Part shown: piece after piece, positions 59,215 to 64,000 of the stretch
Layout: each line of letters opens with the position of its first letter
Numbering within the stretch: the first letter of the stretch is position 1
Notes under the pieces: model-generated
Told to the model about the DNA's origin: nothing
The model's database searches: none
The model's input: the letters and a program-made list of their open reading frames with translations, nothing else
Translations under genes and position numbers: made by a program
Virus record (IMG/VR): IMGVR_UViG_3300032282_005530
Coordinates: 18,366 to 82,365 of that record
Reading direction: 5' to 3' (one strand)
DNA from: a virus
DNA: 64,000 bases

Positions 59215-59385
59215 TCAATCGTTCCAGTGCGCAGTAGCAATAGTGATCACGCGACAAGGCCATTCACGATCAGCTGTAGGATAGATGCCAGCGTCACGCA
59301 TGCGCTCAACCTGAAACGCTGTATAGATCAAAGAGATGATCGGGTCACGGCTGAAAGGTGAACGGAGATACATAAAGTTTTGCAC
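59215..59385 (-). CDS. Small hypothetical protein (GTG start likely)
   Basis: AAGGA RBS; follows the 59397-59585 gene. Confidence 0.45.
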   Translation of the reverse strand: MQNFMYLRSPFSRDPIISLIYTAFQVERMRDAGIYPTADREWPCRVITIATAHWND

Positions 59386-59396
59386 TGTGTATCCTT

Positions 59397-59585
59397 TCAA
59401 GCGTTGGCAGCGGGGATATATTCGCACACTTCGTTGATCAGTTCATTGATCAGATCAGCACAATAGGCAATCTCATCGTGATCATCGTTGTCGAAAGCCA
59501 CAAGCAAACAGCAGTCAAGCTGACGGAAAGATTGCATCATGGCGATATTGGAGAACTGTTCGGCGAGGTGCTTGGCGTTGTTCAT
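59397..59585 (-). CDS. Small leaderless hypothetical protein
   Basis: TTGTGA-N17-TACAGT (59592-59620), then 6 nt, then ATG. Confidence 0.6.
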   Translation of the reverse strand: MNNAKHLAEQFSNIAMMQSFRQLDCCLLVAFDNDDHDEIAYCADLINELINEVCEYIPAANA

Positions 59586-59654
59586 GCGATCACTGTATCC
59601 CGATCACGTGGAGATCACAAGCGCAAGAACAGAAAGTTGTGATGCAGGTCACAC

Positions 59655-59713
59655 TTGCAAGGATCATGCCAGCGGGCACAAACCGGGTCGGCGCCCCTGG
59701 CATGGTTTATGCA
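59655..59713. promoter_or_regulatory. Divergent sigma54-type site pair, copy 1
   Basis: TTGCAAGGATCATGCCA-N26(ACCGGGTCGG)-TGGCATGGTTTATGCA. Confidence 0.75.
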
Positions 59714-59729
59714 AGGGGATCCGGTAGGG

Positions 59730-60011
59730 TCACAGATCCCAGTTGAAATCCCAGTTGACGGAACGCATATTCTGTGCGTTGGCGATCGTCAGTTGCGACT
59801 GATACACCCGAAAGGATGCATCGCCATCGTGATCCGCTTCTTCGTTGACAGCGTCAAGGATCTGTGCTGCTTCCGAGCGGCGGATCGCACGGTTCCACGC
59901 TGCCTTGGCATTACGACGCAGAGACGGCGTGCCGTTGCACATCGGGCACATGCACGACTGATAGCCCTTGCGGGCGTGGTTGTAGTTGGCGAGGGTGCGA
60001 GCGGTGTTCAT
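59730..60011 (-). CDS. Leaderless hypothetical protein (CxCxxC)
   Basis: TTGACA-N17-TAAGGA (60018-60046), then 6 nt, then ATG. Confidence 0.6.
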   Translation of the reverse strand: MNTARTLANYNHARKGYQSCMCPMCNGTPSLRRNAKAAWNRAIRRSEAAQILDAVNEEADHDGDASFRVYQSQLTIANAQNMRSVNWDFNWDL

Positions 60012-60046
60012 AGGTGATCCTTAGCAGAGAGATCGTGAGGTGTCAA

Positions 60047-60298
60047 TCAGTAATCGGCGGTGTTGTAGGCTTCCCAGATCAGGTGCTGCAACGCGCAATC
60101 GTATTCGTTGTGTTCCTGCTGATTCCAGATCTGGAACGCATAGGAATCAAAGAGCGGAGCACCGTCGTTGATCGTTTCGTCATCGTTGAAAAGAGCTTCA
60201 ACGTGCGAGCGGTCGCAGATCAAACGATCGTAATCGTTGCAACCGACAAAGAAGTTAGCGGGAGGAAGGACGGCACCGGGCTTGGTCGTGTTGTTCAT
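60047..60298 (-). CDS. Leaderless acidic hypothetical protein (start MNNTTK)
   Basis: TTGACG-N17-TACGTT (60305-60333), then 6 nt, then ATG; second promoter at 60378-60406. Confidence 0.6.
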   Translation of the reverse strand: MNNTTKPGAVLPPANFFVGCNDYDRLICDRSHVEALFNDDETINDGAPLFDSYAFQIWNQQEHNEYDCALQHLIWEAYNTADY

Positions 60299-60420
60299 GC
60301 GATCAACGTAGCGGCTCCCGTTCATACCGTCAAGCGGTGTTCTTGTGTTGTTGTGATAGCGGTCACATCGGCGGCGCACATTAGCAGATCCGTTCTGGGG
60401 TGTCAATCTTTCTTTCTCTC

Positions 60421-60479
60421 TTGCAGGAATCGTGCCAAGGGGCCAAAACCGGTTCGGCAGGCTTGGCACGTTTATTGCA
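60421..60479. promoter_or_regulatory. Divergent sigma54-type site pair, copy 2
   Basis: TTGCAGGAATCGTGCCA-N26(ACCGGTTCGG)-TGGCACGTTTATTGCA. Confidence 0.8.
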
Positions 60480-60511
60480 TACGTGATACAGATCACACAA
60501 GCCGGGTTGAC

Positions 60512-60538
60512 AAAACAAAACCCGCCATCTAGGCGGGG
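60512..60538 (-). terminator. Rho-independent terminator
   Basis: CCCGCC-TAGAT-GGCGGG-TTTTGTTTT. Confidence 0.7.
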
Positions 60539-60567
60539 TCTGCTCTTATTCCATTATGTGATCGCGA

Positions 60568-60894
60568 TCACGGACGCTTGCTGGGACACTTGACAGCGAC
60601 AAGACCGAGGCCAGCGGGCACCGTTGCCTGAGTTGCGAGACGACCGATCCACGCACCTTGCTTTGTCAAACGAATGTTGCGATTGCTTCCCGTCACAAGA
60701 CGCCGAGCACGCAACGCCGTCAACGACGTCTGACAAGCAGCGGGACCATGAAGGAAACGCAGCGTGTCAAGATCAACCGGCGAACCGAGCGAGGTCATTT
60801 CTGCGATGTGAGCGATCATCGCGGTTTGACGAGCACCGATCGTGGTCGTGGATCCGTAGTTCTGTGCAGCGAGGGTCTTGTAGTTGTTCGCCAT
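60568..60894 (-). CDS. Winged-helix-like DNA-binding protein, paralog A1
   Basis: LRARRLV..IRLTKQG wing motif; GGAG RBS; promoter TTGACA-N17-TACTCT at 60975-61003. Confidence 0.6.
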   Translation of the reverse strand: MANNYKTLAAQNYGSTTTIGARQTAMIAHIAEMTSLGSPVDLDTLRFLHGPAACQTSLTALRARRLVTGSNRNIRLTKQGAWIGRLATQATVPAGLGLVAVKCPSKRP

Positions 60895-61115
60895 TGTCTC
60901 TTTCTCCGTTGTTCTCTGCGTTGCGTTATGTGACGGAGGGCTAACCCGTCTTACTTACCGGCCCTCATGCGTACAGAGTACACGGTGATCGCTTGACTGT
61001 CAACGCTGGCGCACTCGCAGATCACTTTCGCTTGTGTGCAGGATCACAACGATCCGGCTTGCCTTGCTGGAATGTCTTTGCTAATGTCTGCAACTTTTTT
61101 TCTTTCTATCCCGCC

Positions 61116-61174
61116 TTGCAAGTTTCGTGCCAGCGTACACAAACCGGTTCGGGCGGCTTGGCATGGTTCTTGCA
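61116..61174. promoter_or_regulatory. Divergent sigma54-type site pair, copy 3
   Basis: TTGCAAGTTTCGTGCCA-N26(ACCGGTTCGG)-TGGCATGGTTCTTGCA. Confidence 0.8.
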
Positions 61175-61281
61175 TAGAGCCTGCTTTCTGGGGGCGAACA
61201 CTAGCAGAGAGATCGCGGACTGTCAACGGGCAAAGAGGTGATCCCGGTACAGTAGAAAGTGATCTCCCACGAGCACGACGC

Positions 61282-61310
61282 TTGACGGCAGAGCGATCAC
61301 CCGCTATACT
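61282..61310 (+). promoter_or_regulatory. sigma70-type promoter
   Basis: TTGACG-N17-TATACT; divergent partner TTGACA-N17-TAGTGT on minus strand at 61198-61226. Confidence 0.7.
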
Positions 61311-61375
61311 GGTCAGGTCGGAAGGGTTCGCGGTTGCCGCCGACACTAACCTAAACCGCTTGTCGGAGTCTGAAT

Positions 61376-61774
61376 ATGTCGCAGAATGTCGCCCCCGTCC
61401 GTAAGGTTCGCGTCACCGCTCAACACGTTGCGTTTCTCGCGTTGACTGAGACTGTAAACGCTGTCACGGCCCTGCACAATACTCCGGGATCGGAGATTGC
61501 CCCTGCCACGTTCGACGCTGCGGTTGAACTTCTCGCGGGTCGTCCCGATGTCCGCGAGGCTCTTGAGGGTCTGCGTTCCGACCTCTTTGGTGAGGGTGGA
61601 TCGGGTGAGCGTGGCCGTCCGGCTGCAAAGATCGGTGAGTCTCGCGGATACAAGGTTCAGCAGGTGGGAGATTCGGATCCGTTTATCCGTCTGCCCGTCT
61701 CGCTCCTTGGTCTTTCCAAGGGTGGAACCGCCACCGTGACCTTCGACAATGGTGTGATCCGCGTCAAGGGTTGA
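61376..61774 (+). CDS. 132-aa protein with C-terminal AbrB/MazE-like swapped-hairpin domain, paralog B1
   Basis: YKVQQVGDSDPFIRLPVSLLGLSKGGTATVTFDNGVIRV; GGAG RBS. Confidence 0.65.
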   Translation: MSQNVAPVRKVRVTAQHVAFLALTETVNAVTALHNTPGSEIAPATFDAAVELLAGRPDVREALEGLRSDLFGEGGSGERGRPAAKIGESRGYKVQQVGDSDPFIRLPVSLLGLSKGGTATVTFDNGVIRVKG

Positions 61775-61823
61775 CCTATTGACAAGGGTTTGCGGTCATC
61801 CTCCGAAACCGCTGTCCTCTTGC

Positions 61824-61862
61824 AAGCCTCCCGTCAAGGGGGGTTTTTGTTTTTCTTTTTTC
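61824..61862 (+). terminator. Rho-independent terminator
   Basis: GCCTCCC-GTCAA-GGGGGGT followed by T-rich tail. Confidence 0.7.
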
Positions 61863-61885
61863 TGCCCGTGATCTGAATCACAGGA

Positions 61886-61942
61886 GCAAGAATCGTGCCA
61901 ACCCGGGCGAACCGGTTCGGAAAGGCCGGCATAGTTTTTGCT
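61886..61942. promoter_or_regulatory. Divergent sigma54-type site pair, copy 4
   Basis: GCAAGAATCGTGCCA-N26(ACCGGTTCGG)-CGGCATAGTTTTTGCT. Confidence 0.75.
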
Positions 61943-61969
61943 ATGCCATTCCTTTCTGTATGTTGTGTT

Positions 61970-62335
61970 TTATTTTCTGACTGGCATGTTTGTTGCAACG
62001 AATCCAAGACCCTTTACAATACTGCTACGATGAACCATCATAGCAACGTCAAAGCCTCTTGCGGTGACTTGATAACAACGACCGCGACCACCAGCACGCT
62101 TGATAAGTTTACGACCGAGCAAAACCATGATCACGCTTTCAATAGTACTGACAGGATGATGATCTTTCAGACTTTCCACACTACAGTTTGCACCATTCTT
62201 GTTGGCGATGAAAATATCATAAATGACAGAAACCTGCCGTGGACCGATTGTGCTGGTTGAGCCGTAGTTTTGTTTGGCATACTGATCGGCCTTTTTGTTG
62301 CGACGGCGTTGGGCTTGCGTGTTAGTCGTTCCCAT
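61970..62335 (-). CDS. Winged-helix-like DNA-binding protein, paralog A2
   Basis: Shares AxQNYGSTxTIGxRQ and GLGxVA with 60568-60894; YQVTARG; promoter TTGCCG-N17-TATAAT at 62386-62414. Confidence 0.6.
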   Translation of the reverse strand: MGTTNTQAQRRRNKKADQYAKQNYGSTSTIGPRQVSVIYDIFIANKNGANCSVESLKDHHPVSTIESVIMVLLGRKLIKRAGGRGRCYQVTARGFDVAMMVHRSSIVKGLGFVATNMPVRK

Positions 62336-62503
62336 TTTCTCTTGCCTTTGCTGGGGTTTTCTGTTCGCCGGGACGGCTTGAGATCATTATACCCGGTGAT
62401 CGCTTGACCGGCAAGGGTGACGCTTCCGAGCCGGGGAAATAGTTTGTGGCGGTTTTCATCGTTTTATTTGGTGGGGGTGATAGAGATCACAAAAAATAAA
62501 ATC

Positions 62504-62562
62504 TTGCAATATTCGTGCCAGCCTCACAAAGCCGGTTCGGGCACCTTGGCATGGTTTATGCA
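62504..62562. promoter_or_regulatory. Divergent sigma54-type site pair, copy 5
   Basis: TTGCAATATTCGTGCCA-N26(GCCGGTTCGG)-TGGCATGGTTTATGCA. Confidence 0.8.
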
Positions 62563-62643
62563 AGACCTGAACTTTGTGATCCATAACACACTGTTCGCAC
62601 CGCAACGCTTGACGGCAGGGCAGATCGCTGCTACACTAACCCC

Positions 62644-62796
62644 ATGACGATCATGCACCTCTCTCTCGCGGAACTGGCAAACATGAACGATGACGCTTGG
62701 ATCTGGAAGGATGACATGATGGTGTGGCCGGAAACGGATCATCCCATCGCTGAGTGTTTCTCTGAAACCAACAGCGACGATTGCAGCGACGATTGA
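62644..62796 (+). CDS. Leaderless 50-aa highly acidic protein (not in track)
   Basis: MTIMHLSLAELANMNDDAWIWKDDMMVWPETDHPIAECFSETNSDDCSDD; TTGACG-N17-TACACT (62609-37), then 6 nt, then ATG; terminator follows. Confidence 0.6.
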   Translation: MTIMHLSLAELANMNDDAWIWKDDMMVWPETDHPIAECFSETNSDDCSDD

Positions 62797-62844
62797 TCGC
62801 CATAACATAGCCCGAAAGGGACAGCAATAGCAAAACCCTACACT

Positions 62845-62876
62845 AAGCCCCGATTACAGGGGCTTTTTCTTTTTTT
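62845..62876 (+). terminator. Rho-independent terminator
   Basis: AAGCCCC-GATTACA-GGGGCTT-TTTCTTTTTTT. Confidence 0.75.
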
Positions 62877-62894
62877 GTGTGCCGGAAACGTCGC

Positions 62895-62953
62895 TTGCAA
62901 GTATCATGCCAAGCCTGCCGAACCGGGTCGGAACCCTTGGCACGTATTGTGCA
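62895..62953. promoter_or_regulatory. Divergent sigma54-type site pair, copy 6
   Basis: TTGCAAGTATCATGCCA-N26(ACCGGGTCGG)-TGGCACGTATTGTGCA. Confidence 0.8.
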
Positions 62954-62966
62954 AGGGCCGTTTGTC

Positions 62967-63155
62967 TCAGTAGTTGTCGTTTTCCCGGATTGCATTCCAC
63001 AGTTCACCGGCGTTGCTGACAGTTCGCCAGCCCTTGGGAGTTTCAATATCCCACACCTTGTCCTTGTCGTCCCAGAAGAACTGCCAACCCTTTACGTTGA
63101 TCGTGGCGAAGCCGACGTTGATTGCCATCTTCTCTTGGATTTCGTTGTGGTTCAT
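62967..63155 (-). CDS. Leaderless Trp-rich hypothetical protein (start MNHNEI)
   Basis: TTGACG-N17-TACAAG (63162-63190), then 6 nt, then ATG. Confidence 0.6.
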   Translation of the reverse strand: MNHNEIQEKMAINVGFATINVKGWQFFWDDKDKVWDIETPKGWRTVSNAGELWNAIRENDNY

Positions 63156-63215
63156 AGGGATCTTGTAGCAGGTGATTGCTAATCCGTCAAGCATTGATCT
63201 TTTTTCTTCTATCCC

Positions 63216-63274
63216 CTGCAACATTCATGCCAACACTGCAAAGCCGGTTCGGCCGGGCTGGCACGCTTTTTGCA
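63216..63274. promoter_or_regulatory. Divergent sigma54-type site pair, copy 7
   Basis: CTGCAACATTCATGCCA-N26(GCCGGTTCGG)-TGGCACGCTTTTTGCA. Confidence 0.8.
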
Positions 63275-63511
63275 GGACCTGGACTCTATGATTCACGTCA
63301 CACTATGGCCCCGGTCACAAGGGGGCGGCACACTAGCAGATCACCTACAACCCGTCAACCCCCGATCCGTGTGACCAGTCGCACAGATAAAAGTGATCTG
63401 CAACGAGCACGACGCTTGCGCTTTCTACAGATCGCGGCTACAATGGGGAGGTCGGAAGGGTTCGCGGTTGCCTCCGACACTAACCTAAACCGCTTGCAAG
63501 AGGATCACACC

Positions 63512-63910
63512 ATGACGAACACGATCAACAACGCTCGCAAGGTTCGCGTTACCGCCCAGTCGGTCGCTTTCATGATGCTGACGGAAAGTGCCGATGCGGT
63601 GCTTGCTTCGCATAGCAAGCCCGGTCACGAGATCGCACCCGCTACCTTTGAGGGTGCCTTGGAACTCCTCGCGGGTATGCCTGAAAAGCGTGCAGCCCTT
63701 GAGGCTCTGCGTTCCGATCTCTTTGGTGAGGGTGGAACGGGCGAGCGTGGTCGTCCCGCTGCCAAGGTTGGCGAATCGCGGGGTTACAAGGTGCAACAGG
63801 TCGGCGATTCCGATCCGTTTATCCGTCTGCCGGTTTCTTTGCTCGGTCTGGCAAAGGGTGGTGTTGCAACCGTGTTCTTTGACAACGGTGTGATCCGCGT
63901 CAAGGCTTGA
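63512..63910 (+). CDS. 132-aa AbrB/MazE-like domain protein, paralog B2 (true start MTNTIN)
   Basis: Same length as and high similarity to 61376-61774; GAGGA RBS; promoter TTGCGC-N17-TACAAT at 63416-63444. Confidence 0.65.
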   Translation: MTNTINNARKVRVTAQSVAFMMLTESADAVLASHSKPGHEIAPATFEGALELLAGMPEKRAALEALRSDLFGEGGTGERGRPAAKVGESRGYKVQQVGDSDPFIRLPVSLLGLAKGGVATVFFDNGVIRVKA

Positions 63911-63922
63911 TCGCCTAGACGG

Positions 63923-63951
63923 TTGACAGCCGCTAGCCCCCCGGCTACAAT
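63923..63951 (+). promoter_or_regulatory. sigma70-type promoter
   Basis: TTGACA-N17-TACAAT. Confidence 0.7.
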
Positions 63952-64000
63952 AGGGGGCACCTAGCGGATCGGGAACGACATAAACAGTCCCCGAATCCGA

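Noticed and set aside
59655-63274. Repeated 58-bp elements as a CRISPR array or integron attC sites
   Set aside because: Copies are degenerate and 320-770 bp apart with whole genes between them; no GTTRRRY cores, cas operon or integrase; conservation is confined to the sigma54 boxes and the core
63176-63511. 244-aa N-terminal extension of the last ORF, and the 149-aa version of 60047..60496
   Set aside because: The extensions run through promoters and sigma54 elements; paralog length and RBS/promoter geometry support starts at 63512 and 60298
59100-64000. Host chromosome flank (prophage junction)
   Set aside because: No housekeeping genes, integrase or att duplication is visible, and the promoter style is shared with the AT-rich part; not fully excluded without reads

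Overview
This window looks like part of a large AT-rich (roughly 30% GC by eye) myovirus-like or jumbo phage genome, encoded almost entirely on the minus strand. In + coordinates it contains: (1) 1-18.7 kb, a tail/baseplate module (FG-GAP beta-propeller protein missing from the ORF track, LamG protein, gp6- and gp25-like wedge proteins, a 2245-aa protein, spike- and C39-peptidase-like proteins); (2) a gp55-like sigma factor; (3) 20.5-31 kb, a nucleotide-sugar/glycosylation cluster (Gmd, ColD-like, Fcl/ColC, FkbM, GT10, GT11, three GT2, two GT4); (4) 31-43 kb, a Cas4-like nuclease, PIN-PhoH, a serine protease, three free-standing endonucleases, nine tRNAs (including rare Ile-UAU and Ser-ACU) and one aberrant tRNA; (5) 43-59 kb, enzymes and hypothetical proteins, many with capsid-targeting-like leaders, plus UvsE. 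At about 59.1 kb the sequence switches abruptly to a GC-richer (over 50% by eye), GATC-rich early-type region of small genes. That region holds the main discovery candidate: seven copies of a ~58-bp element made of two back-to-back sigma54-type (-24/-12) sites exactly 26 bp apart around a conserved CCGG(T/G)TCGG core. The copies are interleaved with 13 sigma70-type promoters, five leaderless genes and two duplicated DNA-binding protein families. All functional calls come from motif recognition; no database searches were run.
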